A stretch of DNA of 63,886 nt, filler included, from Acidimicrobiia bacterium (GCA_029210695.1; 3 parts of 3 records of this genome joined end to end with filler, not necessarily neighbours in it), one strand, 5' to 3'. Numbered from the whole stretch's first letter, positions 9,603-18,714 are shown. A program made the numbers and translations. The notes: a model not told the origin generated them from the letters alone.

Positions 9603-10454
9603 TCATCCAGGCGCACCGTCCACAATGAACTGTGCGATGAGATCGGCCACCCTGGCCGGCTGCTCCATCGGGAGGAAATGACCGGCGCCGGACACGACAG
9701 TCGCCGAGGCTTGCGGCATTCGAGAGACCAGATCGTCCACGAGGGGGCGGATGTGCGTGGTCGAGAACTCGCCGGCGAGCAACAGGACGGGAACCTCGAT
9801 CTCTCCAAGCCTCTGATACGCACCGTGTGCGCCGCCCCCGCGATAGACGTCTGCCTCGTGCTCGGGCCGACAACGCAGCACCCATTGACCCTCCTGCGCT
9901 AAGAGACCACCGGAGACATACGCCTTCAAAGCGCGTTCGTCCCACTGCCTGAACACGTGCTTTTCTGCGAAGTTCTGAAACGCGTCGTCTGGCGAAGGAA
10001 AGGCGTTGCGTCTCCGTAGGGCAGCCTCGACGAGCGGATTGTCGAATCGGCCAAACGGAGGGGGGAACATGATCGGCTCGATGAGGATGAGACGGTCGAA
10101 CGTTCCTGGGCGCTGGATCTCCGCCATGGCCAGCGAGGCGCCGCCCATTGAGTGGCCTATGCCGACGAGGCTCTCCGCCTCGAAACCGTCTGCCACCGCC
10201 AGTGCATCGCCGGCGAAATCCCACCAGTCGAACGGTGGCTGACCCGGATCCGATCGTCCGTGGGCCCGGGCATCCCAGGCAACGATCGCGTTATCGAGGT
10301 TGTGTCGGAGGTGCTCGACGACCGGACTCCACACCTCTTTGCAGAAACCGGTGGCGTGAGCGAGCAGGAGGCCGGTTCCGATTTTGCCGGGCCACCTGAG
10401 GGCGGCGAGGTCACCTCCTGCTCCGTGCAGCGTCACCGCTTCCGGATCAGGCAC
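9603..10454 (-). CDS. Alpha/beta fold hydrolase
   Basis: HATGF, GHSMGG nucleophile elbow, GHFLPME; GTG start overlaps the upstream stop. Confidence 0.85.
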   Translation of the reverse strand: MPDPEAVTLHGAGGDLAALRWPGKIGTGLLLAHATGFCKEVWSPVVEHLRHNLDNAIVAWDARAHGRSDPGQPPFDWWDFAGDALAVADGFEAESLVGIGHSMGGASLAMAEIQRPGTFDRLILIEPIMFPPPFGRFDNPLVEAALRRRNAFPSPDDAFQNFAEKHVFRQWDERALKAYVSGGLLAQEGQWVLRCRPEHEADVYRGGGAHGAYQRLGEIEVPVLLLAGEFSTTHIRPLVDDLVSRMPQASATVVSGAGHFLPMEQPARVADLIAQFIVDGAPG

Positions 10455-11058
10455 CGACGTGGTTGTTGATTCCTTCGAACGAGTCGATGAAGTTGCGGAG
10501 GTCCTTCTCGGTTCCGGGATCGGAGGCATCGTCGAAGTAGTAGGCACGGCCCCACGCTACCGCGGCGCCGACCCGGGAGACTCCGTCGGCGTCGACGATC
10601 TCGGCGTAGGGGAACATCAGCACGTTGTCGCCCTCATAATCGGCCAGAACTGAACGCAGCATGGCCGTCAAATCCTCGCAGCCATCCGGGCAGTTGTAGG
10701 TCAGTGCGACTCCTCCGTCTTCGAGGTTGTGCACATAGGCTTCCGGCGGGACCTGCTGGTCGTATTCCTGCCAGGCGACCAGGTTGCCAAGGTGTGGTCC
10801 GGACGATGGAGGCGAGCTGTTGTAGGGGATGTGGGCCTGGTCGACCGTAGCCAGGTGATCGTTGCCAAGGCTATCGAAGGTAGTCCAGGGTGGCTCAGGG
10901 GCGAAGAGTATCCAGGCAGCACCAACTCCCAGCAGACCAACCGCCGCCACCGCCACGATCATCATCCGGCGACGATCTGCAGCCTGCTTGCGCGCCGCTT
11001 GTTCCGCTGCTTTTTGCTCTCGCTCTTGCAGGAGCCGCTTTCCACGCGCCCTGGCCAT
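10447..11058 (-). CDS. DUF3105-like membrane-anchored protein
   Basis: Single TM, PPSSGPH, VHNLEDG, YNCPDGC, AWGR motifs. Confidence 0.75.
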   Translation of the reverse strand: MARARGKRLLQEREQKAAEQAARKQAADRRRMMIVAVAAVGLLGVGAAWILFAPEPPWTTFDSLGNDHLATVDQAHIPYNSSPPSSGPHLGNLVAWQEYDQQVPPEAYVHNLEDGGVALTYNCPDGCEDLTAMLRSVLADYEGDNVLMFPYAEIVDADGVSRVGAAVAWGRAYYFDDASDPGTEKDLRNFIDSFEGINNHVGA

Positions 11059-11113
11059 AGATCCCCTCGGTGTCGATCGGGGAATCGTAACCGTTCCCGA
11101 AATATGTGGGGGC

Positions 11114-11767
11114 CTACTGAACCGATCGCTGGTCGTCGACCTCGAAGTCGAGTTCGCTTTCGAGGCGAACGACTCCATCGAGACGGCGTGTCAGTTCCTC
11201 CAGGAGACGCGTATCGCTCTTGGTCGGCAGCGTCCCCTGCAGCGTGACGATTCCGTCGGCGACCGTGACGTCGACAACGCCGTCTTCGAGGAAGAGGATA
11301 CGGCGAATGACATCCTCACGGATCTCGTCCTCGATCACATCGTCCGGCCGCGCGAATGCGGCAACAACGTCGGCCCGGCTGATCACCCCGCGCAGTCTCC
11401 CCTCCGAGTCAACTACCGGAAGTCGCTTCACCCCGTGATTGACCATCACCCGAGCAGCCTCGGTCAAGCTGGCTTCCGGATAGATGACGAAGGGATCGAG
11501 CGTCATCGCCTGTTCGACCGTCTCAGCCTCAGCGACCTGCGGTTCATTGAAAAGAGCATCGAGCAGGCGACGCCGGCGTGGTTCTGACCGGCCGGCCTCC
11601 CGTGCGAGGAAGTCGGCCTCGGTGATGATGCCGATGATTTTCCCATCCTCGTCGAGGACCGGCAGGCCACTCACGCCAACATCGGTCATCGTGCGGGCTG
11701 CCTCCTTGAGGCTCATGCCGGGCGTTACCGTCACCACTTCGGTTGTCATGAGGTCCAGGACACGCAC
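11114..11767 (-). CDS. CBS-pair plus BON domain protein
   Basis: Two CBS repeats (SGLPV..GIITEAD; KRLPVV..GVISRAD) and C-terminal BON (VTVADGIVTLQG). Confidence 0.88.
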   Translation of the reverse strand: MRVLDLMTTEVVTVTPGMSLKEAARTMTDVGVSGLPVLDEDGKIIGIITEADFLAREAGRSEPRRRRLLDALFNEPQVAEAETVEQAMTLDPFVIYPEASLTEAARVMVNHGVKRLPVVDSEGRLRGVISRADVVAAFARPDDVIEDEIREDVIRRILFLEDGVVDVTVADGIVTLQGTLPTKSDTRLLEELTRRLDGVVRLESELDFEVDDQRSVQ

Positions 11768-11871
11768 TTCATGCTCCCTTCAGCCATGTCTGCCTGAGAT
11801 CCAGCTCAAGGCCATCCTCGGCACTTAGCTGCACATATCTGTGAGGGTAATCGGGGCGAGGCACCGGCCGG

Positions 11872-12540
11872 TCACTTCCCGACCCACGCCTCGGGCGGGT
11901 ACTCCTGCTCGCGACGGGCGGCCAATCGGGCGGCGTAGGCGGCGGCCTCGCTGCGCCGGCTCATCTCGAGTTTGGCGAGGAGATTGGAGACGTAGTTCTT
12001 CACCGTCTTCTCTGCGAGGAACATCTGCTCGGAAATCTCCCGATTGGTAAGGCCATCCGCGATGTGATCCAGGATCTTGCGTTCTTGCGGCGTGAGGCGG
12101 GCAAGGAGGGGGTCGTCTGGTTCGTCCCCCCGAAGCTTGCGAAAAAGCCGATCCGTCATCTCTCCGTCGAGCAGAGATTCTCCCGCTGCCACTTTGCGGA
12201 TGTTGTTGACGAGATCGTGAGAGTCGATGCGTTTCAGCACGTACCCGGAAGCGCCGGCGACAATGGCCGACATCAGGGCTTCCTCATCGGCATACGACGT
12301 GAGCATCAACACCTTGACGGCAGGCCAGCGGGAGCGGATCTCCCGGCAGGCTTCGACACCCGAGCCATCCGGCAGGCGGACGTCCATCACCACGACCTCA
12401 GGCGATGCATAGCCCACTCTCCGTACCGCCTCGGCCACGGATCCTGCTTCGCCGACCACCTCGAAATCCTCCTCGGCCTCGAGGAGAGCTTTCAAACCTT
12501 GACGAACGATCTCGTGATCATCGACAACCACTATGCGCAA
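11872..12540 (-). CDS. DosR/DevR-like NarL-family response regulator
   Basis: VDDHEIVR, MDVRLPDGSG, LTPQERKIL..GLTNREI..LAEKTVKNYVSNLLAKL; AGGAG RBS before TTG 12540. Confidence 0.9.
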   Translation of the reverse strand: MRIVVVDDHEIVRQGLKALLEAEEDFEVVGEAGSVAEAVRRVGYASPEVVVMDVRLPDGSGVEACREIRSRWPAVKVLMLTSYADEEALMSAIVAGASGYVLKRIDSHDLVNNIRKVAAGESLLDGEMTDRLFRKLRGDEPDDPLLARLTPQERKILDHIADGLTNREISEQMFLAEKTVKNYVSNLLAKLEMSRRSEAAAYAARLAARREQEYPPEAWVGK

Positions 12541-12573
12541 AGTGTTACTCCTGGACTCCAGGCTAATCGGAAT

Positions 12574-12623
12574 GGGACTTTCGACCCTGGTACTTGTTCC
12601 CCGACTGCACCGACCAAGGTCCC
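12574..12623. promoter_or_regulatory. Two DosR-type boxes between the divergent regulator and kinase genes
   Basis: GGGACTTTCGACCC (12574-12587) and CCGACCAAGGTCCC (12610-12623) resemble GGGAC-N4-GTCCC. Confidence 0.65.
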
Positions 12624-12662
12624 GAGTTCGGAAGAACGCGTGTTTCGGGATATCCTCACGCC

Positions 12663-13778
12663 ATGGTCGACGCAACGCTCCCAGCGAGCAGACTCGCCCA
12701 AATGGTAGAGGGTGCAGCCGCGGTCGCCGGGCAGACCGATCTGACCGCCGTCCTGTGGACTACCGTCGAGACTGCGATGGATCTGACGGGGGCCACGTAC
12801 GGTGCGCTGGGGGTCATCGGCGAGCACGGCACGCTCATTCAGTTCCTCCACGTGGGAATTGACCCCGACCTCACTGCCCGGATGGGTGACCCTCCCCGCG
12901 GCCGCGGGGTTCTCGGCACCATCACCCGCGTTGCGAAGACGGTCCGGGTGGACAAACTCTCCGACCATCCCGATTACGTCGGATTCCCCGATCATCATCC
13001 GTCGATGGAGACGTTCCTAGGTGTTCCCATCAAGATCGGCGATTCCGTGTTTGGAAACCTCTATCTGACCGAGAAGCCGCGGGGATTCACCCTCGATGAT
13101 GAGGCGCTGGTCGAAGCCCTGGCTGTCATCGCGGGATCTGCGATCTCCACCGCCCGCCTCCAGCGACGACTCAGAAGAGTCGCCGTTGTGGAGGACCGCG
13201 AGCGCATCGCCAGGGATCTCCACGACGCCATCATCCAGGACCTTTTCGCCGTCGGGCTTTCATTGCAGGCTCTCGCGCAAAGCATTCAGGACGAAGTCGC
13301 CCGTGGAGGACTCGATGAGGCGGTCGGGCGGCTCGACGACTCCATCGCGGCGCTGCGCCGCTACATATTCGACCTGAGGCCGCCCGTTTGGACGCGTCGC
13401 AATCTCCGCCTGGAGCTATCCGATATGGTCGGACAACTCGCCGGGCCGTACGGTGCAGACGTCGAGGTGCGGGTCTCGAGCGGAGCAGCCGACCTGGCGG
13501 GGACTACGGTGGACGACGCCCTCCAGATGATCCGCGAGGCGCTCAGTAACGCACTGCGGCACTCCGGAGCAACGACGATCTCGGTCAGCATCGAAGAAGC
13601 TGCCGACCGCGTCCTCATCACGGTATCCGATGACGGTGACGGGTTCGATCCAACCACTGTTCAAAAAGGCATGGGACTGGACAACCTGCGCTCGCGAGCC
13701 GACAAGGCGCGGGGCACCACCACGATCAACACATCGCCCGGTGAGGGCACAACGGTGCTGATCAGCCTGCCGCTCTGA
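12663..13778 (+). CDS. DosS/DevS-like GAF sensor histidine kinase (single GAF domain)
   Basis: GAF motif VGFPDHHPSMETFLGVPI..GNLYLTEK; ERIARDLHD H-box; EALSNALRH and DDGDGF ATPase motifs. Confidence 0.9.
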   Translation: MVDATLPASRLAQMVEGAAAVAGQTDLTAVLWTTVETAMDLTGATYGALGVIGEHGTLIQFLHVGIDPDLTARMGDPPRGRGVLGTITRVAKTVRVDKLSDHPDYVGFPDHHPSMETFLGVPIKIGDSVFGNLYLTEKPRGFTLDDEALVEALAVIAGSAISTARLQRRLRRVAVVEDRERIARDLHDAIIQDLFAVGLSLQALAQSIQDEVARGGLDEAVGRLDDSIAALRRYIFDLRPPVWTRRNLRLELSDMVGQLAGPYGADVEVRVSSGAADLAGTTVDDALQMIREALSNALRHSGATTISVSIEEAADRVLITVSDDGDGFDPTTVQKGMGLDNLRSRADKARGTTTINTSPGEGTTVLISLPL

Positions 13779-13793
13779 GCTGACGGCCTGCTG

Positions 13794-13883
13794 CCGCGGT
13801 TCCAGGTTCCAGGTTTTGAGTTCCAACCGGTCCAACTCCGTATGCGAAAGCTCGTCCAAAGAACCTAGAACCTAGAACCGCGG
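13794..13883. repeat. Palindromic heptamer element, copy 1: (GGTTCYA)n ... (TAGAACC)n
   Basis: ggttcca ggttcca ggttttg agttcca at 13798-13825; aagaacc tagaacc tagaacc at 13859-13879; closed by CCGC/GCGG. Confidence 0.7.
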
Positions 13884-13904
13884 GCCGCTCGAAGAGCGGC
13901 CCGC
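13880..13904. terminator. GC-rich hairpin between convergent genes
   Basis: GCGGGCCGCTC-gaa-GAGCGGCCCGC, 11-bp perfect stem. Confidence 0.6.
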
Positions 13905-14386
13905 TAAGAGTTGATGATTTCTTTCTCGGCCGGTCCGTTCGCCGGCGCCAATGCCGACGCAATGCGGTCCATGAACGCCTTCACGCTGGCCTCGGCGACG
14001 CGGTGTAGGAGGGCTCGATCGAGAACCTCACCTACCGGCCCGAGCGGCGGGTCGTAGGACCCGCGAAAGGTGAGCTGAGCTCGCGACGATCCAAGTGGCG
14101 CCACGATCAGATCTGCCAGCATTCTCGGGAAGAGACCGGGCGAACCTGTGGCGTCCCACATGAGCGGGATCGTCGTGTGCGCATGGGCCCGAATCGGTTC
14201 GCCAACGTGGAGGGACACCTCTTTGGCGAGCAGTGGCGTGTTTCCTACCGCCAGTCTCGCCCGGATGTCCTCGCCGTCGCGGTAGGCTTCCGAAGCCCAC
14301 GCGCCGAGTTCCTCGAATCGCTCGAGGAGTTCCCGTTCCACCTTCCGGAACGGACGGTCGACGTAGACGAAGTAATAAACGAACAA
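13904..14386 (-). CDS. Hypothetical protein (possibly SRPBCC-like fold), DosR-box associated
   Basis: Coherent ORF (GLFPRMLADL..GSYDPPLG..LHRVAEASVKAF); TTG start at 14386 inferred. Confidence 0.7.
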   Translation of the reverse strand: MFVYYFVYVDRPFRKVERELLERFEELGAWASEAYRDGEDIRARLAVGNTPLLAKEVSLHVGEPIRAHAHTTIPLMWDATGSPGLFPRMLADLIVAPLGSSRAQLTFRGSYDPPLGPVGEVLDRALLHRVAEASVKAFMDRIASALAPANGPAEKEIINS

Positions 14387-14443
14387 TCTGTTGTTTGCCT
14401 CTTCTGGTCCCGCAACCTTCCCACGCTGCCGCGGAAACGGGTA

Positions 14444-14457
14444 GGGACCTATGTCCC
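14444..14457. promoter_or_regulatory. DosR-type box
   Basis: GGGACCTATGTCCC, an exact GGGAC-N4-GTCCC palindrome in a divergent intergenic region. Confidence 0.7.
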
Positions 14458-14501
14458 CCAGTGCCCGCCGAACCGCACGCCTCTCCACCACAGGGACGGA
14501 T

Positions 14502-14517
14502 ATACTCGGGGGGGTAT
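14502..14517. promoter_or_regulatory. CsoR/RicR/CstR-family operator candidate
   Basis: ATAC-TCGGGGGG-GTAT, i.e. TAC/GTA flanking a G-tract, 30 nt upstream of the DUF302 gene. Confidence 0.55.
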
Positions 14518-14546
14518 TCAATTCTGACTGCTGAAAGGACACATGA

Positions 14547-14948
14547 ATGGAACAGCGACCCTATGGGCTACGCGTCGTGCTCGAGGCCGGACTCGAGGAG
14601 GCAGAAGCACGGACCCGCGTCGCGCTGGCCGCCGAGGGCTTCGGTATTCTCACCGAGATCGATGTCAAAGCGACCCTCAAACAGAAAATCGACGTTGATC
14701 GGCCGGGGTACAAGATTCTCGGCGCCTGCAATCCCCCACTTGCCAACCGTGCCCTCAACGCAGATGAGGAGATCGGCTTGCTTCTCCCCTGCAACGTTGT
14801 CGTCTACGAACACGGGCCCAGCACGATTGTCGAAGCACTCGACCCCGGCATCATGAGTTCCGTCACCGATGCGCCGGAAATGGTGGAGATCGCCGCAGAG
14901 GCGCGGGCGAGACTGGCGAGAGCGATGGAGAGCCTGGAGGCCGGATAG
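14547..14948 (+). CDS. DUF302 domain protein
   Basis: GFGILTEIDV, YKILGACNP, IGLLLPCNVVV motifs. Confidence 0.9.
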   Translation: MEQRPYGLRVVLEAGLEEAEARTRVALAAEGFGILTEIDVKATLKQKIDVDRPGYKILGACNPPLANRALNADEEIGLLLPCNVVVYEHGPSTIVEALDPGIMSSVTDAPEMVEIAAEARARLARAMESLEAG

Positions 14949-14973
14949 GCGATAGGCGAAAAGCAACCCGCGT

Positions 14974-15024
14974 TTCTCCCCCACGGGACGTGGGGGAGAT
15001 GCCGAGTCTCCGACGCAGAGGGGG
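14974..15024. repeat. REP/BoxC-like palindromic unit
   Basis: TCTCCCCCACG-gga-CGTGGGGGAGA followed by GAGGGGG; a related CTCCCC..GGGGAG hairpin lies at about 42134-42151. Confidence 0.4.
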
Positions 15025-15040
15025 CAATCGCACCGCGACG

Positions 15041-15084
15041 GACGCGGCGAAGCGAGGATCTTCAGATCCTCGCTTCGTTGCGTC
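15041..15084. terminator. Long hairpin, likely bidirectional terminator
   Basis: GACGCGGCGAAGCGAGGATCT / AGATCCTCGCTTCGTTGCGTC (two G-U pairs) between convergent genes. Confidence 0.65.
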
Positions 15085-15087
15085 GTA

Positions 15088-15591
15088 CTAGATGAAGATG
15101 ATCTGGGCTCCATCGGACAACTCCATGAAGTCGGACGCCGAGATGACGTCGTCGACCTCATCCCAGAGATCTTCCTTCTTGAGGCCCAACATGTCGTAGG
15201 TCAGGCGACAGGCCCAGAAGTGGGCTCCGGCGTCGGCGACCATTTGCATGAACTCCCTATGCGGCGGCACATCGAGTGCCTTCATCTCCTTGTGCATCAT
15301 GCTGGAGGCGAACGCCGTCATCCCGGGCAAACCGGCCAGCATGTTGGCCATGCCGATGTCGGTGCCTGGGATCTTCATCGACGGGTTGGCTACCGGTGAG
15401 ACCTTCAACTTGTCCATCCGGCGATCGATGATGGCGTCCATCCCCCAGAACGTGAAGAACACGTGGAGGTCGATTCCTTCACCGATAGCGGCGTTCCCGA
15501 GGACCATGGCGGCAGTCGCCCATTCCATGGTGCCCTTGCTCACGATGATGCAGAGCTTCCGATCTCCACCATCGTCATCAAATTTCGGCAC
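15088..15591 (-). CDS. DsrE/DsrF/DrsH-like (DsrE2) sulfur-carrier protein
   Basis: SKGT, VFFTFWG, WACRLT (conserved Cys), AQIIFI C-terminus; GAAGGAG RBS before GTG 15591. Confidence 0.88.
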   Translation of the reverse strand: MPKFDDDGGDRKLCIIVSKGTMEWATAAMVLGNAAIGEGIDLHVFFTFWGMDAIIDRRMDKLKVSPVANPSMKIPGTDIGMANMLAGLPGMTAFASSMMHKEMKALDVPPHREFMQMVADAGAHFWACRLTYDMLGLKKEDLWDEVDDVISASDFMELSDGAQIIFI

Positions 15592-15614
15592 TGAGTGTGC
15601 TCCTTCCCTCTCGA

Positions 15615-15932
15615 CTACACGCAGCCGGTTGGCTTCTGCAGACCGGATACGTACGACATCTTCTTGGCAGGCTTCTTCGGGAAGAGCTTGTAGAGGTCCT
15701 TCGTCGGAACTCCGGCCAGCGTCGACACGCGGCGCAGCGTGGCGGTTTCGCCTTGCGCTTCGTAGTCGGAACGCAGGAAGCGAATGACCTTCCAATGCTC
15801 CTCGGTGAGTTCGTCCAGGCCGATCTCCTTGCCGAGCGCCGGGGCGAGTTCCTCGGTCCACTGGCCCGGATTCGTCATGAATCCCTCTTCGTCGACGTCG
15901 AGTTCAACGCCGCCAATCAATTCGGTTGCCAT
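15615..15932 (-). CDS. TusE/DsrC-family sulfur relay protein (single C-terminal Cys, TusE type)
   Basis: DEEGF..W, HWKVI, LYKLFP, GLQKPTGCV; lacks the second DsrC Cys. Confidence 0.9.
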   Translation of the reverse strand: MATELIGGVELDVDEEGFMTNPGQWTEELAPALGKEIGLDELTEEHWKVIRFLRSDYEAQGETATLRRVSTLAGVPTKDLYKLFPKKPAKKMSYVSGLQKPTGCV

Positions 15933-15953
15933 GGGTTTCTCCCTTTCTGAGCG

Positions 15954-16652
15954 TTACTGCTCTGGTTGTTCTGGTAGATCTCCTGCGACAGACCGCAGAG
16001 CGCCGAGCGCCCGCGCCATGCCTCGTTTCACCGCCGGGTCCCGCATCTGCTTGAGGAGCCCGAACAGCGAAATGTCTTCAGGTACTTCTTGTTCACGGAC
16101 GTTCGAAGCCGTGTTGCGGAGCATCGTCATCACCTGCGGTTGCGTCATCTCGCGCACTGCCTGGAGGATGAGCACGACGTTGTCGCCGAGCGCATTCACG
16201 TCTTCTTTCGTGAACGACGTGACGACGTTGTCGACGACCCCGAGTGAACTCCTGACGAAATCGAAATAGCCTTTGCGCTCATACTCATCGAGCGCATTCA
16301 TGAGTTTGAGCGAAACATCACCGGTGATCGGTTGGATCTCGACAAATATGTCCATCAGGCTCTCGAGCTGATCGAGCATCTTCTCGAGGTTTCCTGTGTT
16401 GCGGACCAGACGCTTGATCAGGTGACCGAGGTCTTGAATGCTGACGTACTGATCCACCTCGGCCAGTTGACGGACGGCGAGACCGTACATGTCACCGGCC
16501 AAGGGCGTGACGTCGGCCAGCAGCTCGTCCCACCCCTGCCGGCGGCGCTTCGACTCGATGGCTTGTTCGGTCAGGTATTCGACCTGCACCGTGAGGCGGT
16601 CGAGCTTCTCGTTGAGCTCTGCAATGGTCGCTTCTGCGTTGACGGTTGTCAT
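15954..16652 (-). CDS. DUF1641 domain coiled-coil protein
   Basis: C-terminal SLFGLLKQMRDPAVKRGM motif; next to SQR. Confidence 0.8.
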   Translation of the reverse strand: MTTVNAEATIAELNEKLDRLTVQVEYLTEQAIESKRRRQGWDELLADVTPLAGDMYGLAVRQLAEVDQYVSIQDLGHLIKRLVRNTGNLEKMLDQLESLMDIFVEIQPITGDVSLKLMNALDEYERKGYFDFVRSSLGVVDNVVTSFTKEDVNALGDNVVLILQAVREMTQPQVMTMLRNTASNVREQEVPEDISLFGLLKQMRDPAVKRGMARALGALRSVAGDLPEQPEQ

Positions 16653-16656
16653 CGTC

Positions 16657-17895
16657 TCAGCTCCACTTCCCGGCCATCGTCATGTGTGCCGTCACCGGCA
16701 TCTCTTTGCCTTTTAGGAGCACGTTCCAGTAGATCCAACGGAACATCATCTTGCCCCAGTGGTTCATCTCCGATTCCTGGAGGAGAGAGAACGGCCCGAC
16801 TCCCGGCAAGGGGTACTTACCCGGCAGGGGCTCCGTGTCGTAGTTGAAGTCGATGAGGAGGCCCTTGCCGTGACCGGACTCGATGAAGCAGTTGGCGTGG
16901 CCGTCAAATGTCTCAACCATGTCAAGCCCATCGACGTAGCGCAGGAAATTCTCGAGCCAGACCTCAACGGCGAAGTGCGCAACGGATCCGGCCTTGGAAG
17001 TCGGCAGGTCTGCCGCGTCACCGAGGGCGAAGATGTTGTCGTACTGCGTTGACAGGAACGTTCCCTTGTCGACGGGCACGTGATTGAGTTCATCACCCAG
17101 CCCGGACCTGGCTACGAAGTCGGCGCCCATGTTGACCGGAACCGTGACCAGCAGGTCGTATTCGACTTCCTCCTCGTCGTAGGCAATGAGCTTGTTGTTC
17201 TCCGCATCGACGCTTTCCACCACGAAGTCGGCAACGAGATGGATCTTCTTCTCGTCGAGCATTCCGCCCAGCGCCCGGGAGGCGATCGGCTTGGTGAACG
17301 CACCGGGGAGGGGGGTTACATAGTGCAGTTCGACCTCGTCGCGGATGCCCTGCTCGGATGCCCACCAGTCCGCCAGGAAGATGAACTCGAGCGGCGCAAC
17401 CGGGCACTTGAACGGCATCTCCATGATGTTCATCACGAGCTTGCCGCCCTTCCAGCTGCGCAGAAACTTCTGCAATCGGAGTGCACCCTCGTAGGTGTAG
17501 AAGGTATGGACGTTATCCGGCATGTTGCCGTCTTCGTCAGTGAGGCCCGGCGTCTCTTCGAGGCGCGGATGCGTCCCGGTGGCAATGACGAGATAGTCGT
17601 AATCGAGCCAGCGGTCACCTTCGACGATCTTGACCCGATTGTTCTCGGGGTCGACGAGTTCGATCTCCGACGTGATCATTTTGATCCCGGATGGAATGAA
17701 GTCCCGCTTGGCCTTGATGACGTCGTTGCGCCCGTAGATCCCGAACGGGATGAACAAGAACCCCGGCTGGTAGTAGTGGGTTTCGTCTTGATCGACGATC
17801 GTGATATCCCACTCACCACCATCGAGGTGATGGCTCAGCTTGTTGACGACCATCGTGCCGGCAGTGCCGGCGCCGAGGACGAGCAGCTTTCTCAT
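16657..17895 (-). CDS. sqr: Sulfide:quinone oxidoreductase-family flavoprotein
   Basis: GAGTAG FAD motif, HYYQPG, KCPVAPLE and FDGHANCF catalytic Cys pair, ALGDA, SKAGSVAH. Confidence 0.88.
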   Translation of the reverse strand: MRKLLVLGAGTAGTMVVNKLSHHLDGGEWDITIVDQDETHYYQPGFLFIPFGIYGRNDVIKAKRDFIPSGIKMITSEIELVDPENNRVKIVEGDRWLDYDYLVIATGTHPRLEETPGLTDEDGNMPDNVHTFYTYEGALRLQKFLRSWKGGKLVMNIMEMPFKCPVAPLEFIFLADWWASEQGIRDEVELHYVTPLPGAFTKPIASRALGGMLDEKKIHLVADFVVESVDAENNKLIAYDEEEVEYDLLVTVPVNMGADFVARSGLGDELNHVPVDKGTFLSTQYDNIFALGDAADLPTSKAGSVAHFAVEVWLENFLRYVDGLDMVETFDGHANCFIESGHGKGLLIDFNYDTEPLPGKYPLPGVGPFSLLQESEMNHWGKMMFRWIYWNVLLKGKEMPVTAHMTMAGKWS

Positions 17896-18683
17896 TGATG
17901 CTCCTTGGTTGGTACAACCGCGCCGGCCAGCGTCGCAATGGCGTCGAGTTTGGCGAGGTGATTTGTTCGTTCATTGGCGATCTGTGACAGCATCTGCGCC
18001 ATGCGCGGCAGATAGGACAACACGTTGCGGCGACTGGTTTCGTCGAGGCGGAACACATCGTGCACGTGGCTCTTCACCAGATCCGGGGCTACACCGAAGG
18101 CCTCCGCGATGGTCTCGAGTTCATCCGCAGCAGGCGGCCAGACATCCGGTGCGATTCCGCCGACGAGCACCATGCCTTTCAGTTCCGATCCGACCCGGAC
18201 GAAGCTCCGTGCGCACAACAGGCCCATGTGGCTGGGCAGGAAGCGGGGTTGCAGGTCGGCTTCATCGGCGAGGCGCTTCCAGCTCACCACACACCGGGCG
18301 ACTGCGTCATCGGTCTGGTTGATGGCGTCAAAGAGGCCGCACGGATTTGCCGCTTCCGAAATCGGTCGTCCGTCCATGTCGGTCACGACGACCATCACTC
18401 CCAGCAGTTGTCCGAGTAGTTCGGCCATGTCGTCGACGTACTCACGCGGCAGCAGGCCGGCCAGCGATCCATCGACAGACTGGATGAGGTTTCCCAGTTC
18501 AGGCGTCTGGGACGGTGTCGCCGTCTGTGCACCCAGCCAGTTGTTGATCTGCTCGGAGGGGAACCGCCACTGTCTTCCGACTTTGATCGCCGGAAGCCGG
18601 CCCGTTTCTGCCATCCGATATATGGTCGAACGATCGACCTGAAGGATGGCCTGGAGATCCTTGGCGGTGAGCAGCGAAGTCAT
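17892..18683 (-). CDS. Excisionase/MerR-like (HTH_17) DNA-binding domain fused to a PocR sensory domain
   Basis: N-term LLTAKDLQAILQVDRSTIYRMAETGRLPAIKVGRQWRF; C-term PocR-like VTDMDG..NPCGLF..C..HMGL; coupled to sqr. Confidence 0.8.
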   Translation of the reverse strand: MTSLLTAKDLQAILQVDRSTIYRMAETGRLPAIKVGRQWRFPSEQINNWLGAQTATPSQTPELGNLIQSVDGSLAGLLPREYVDDMAELLGQLLGVMVVVTDMDGRPISEAANPCGLFDAINQTDDAVARCVVSWKRLADEADLQPRFLPSHMGLLCARSFVRVGSELKGMVLVGGIAPDVWPPAADELETIAEAFGVAPDLVKSHVHDVFRLDETSRRNVLSYLPRMAQMLSQIANERTNHLAKLDAIATLAGAVVPTKEHQ

Positions 18684-18714
18684 CGCAGTGCTCCTGCCAA
18701 GTGCCCTTCAGCGG

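Noticed and set aside
15615..15932. DsrC as evidence of dissimilatory sulfite reduction or reverse Dsr
   Set aside because: Only the terminal Cys is present (TusE type) and no dsrAB or dsrMK is in the window.
17892..18683. Excisionase implying a prophage or ICE
   Set aside because: The HTH is fused to a PocR sensor and coupled to sqr; no integrase or att site is nearby.
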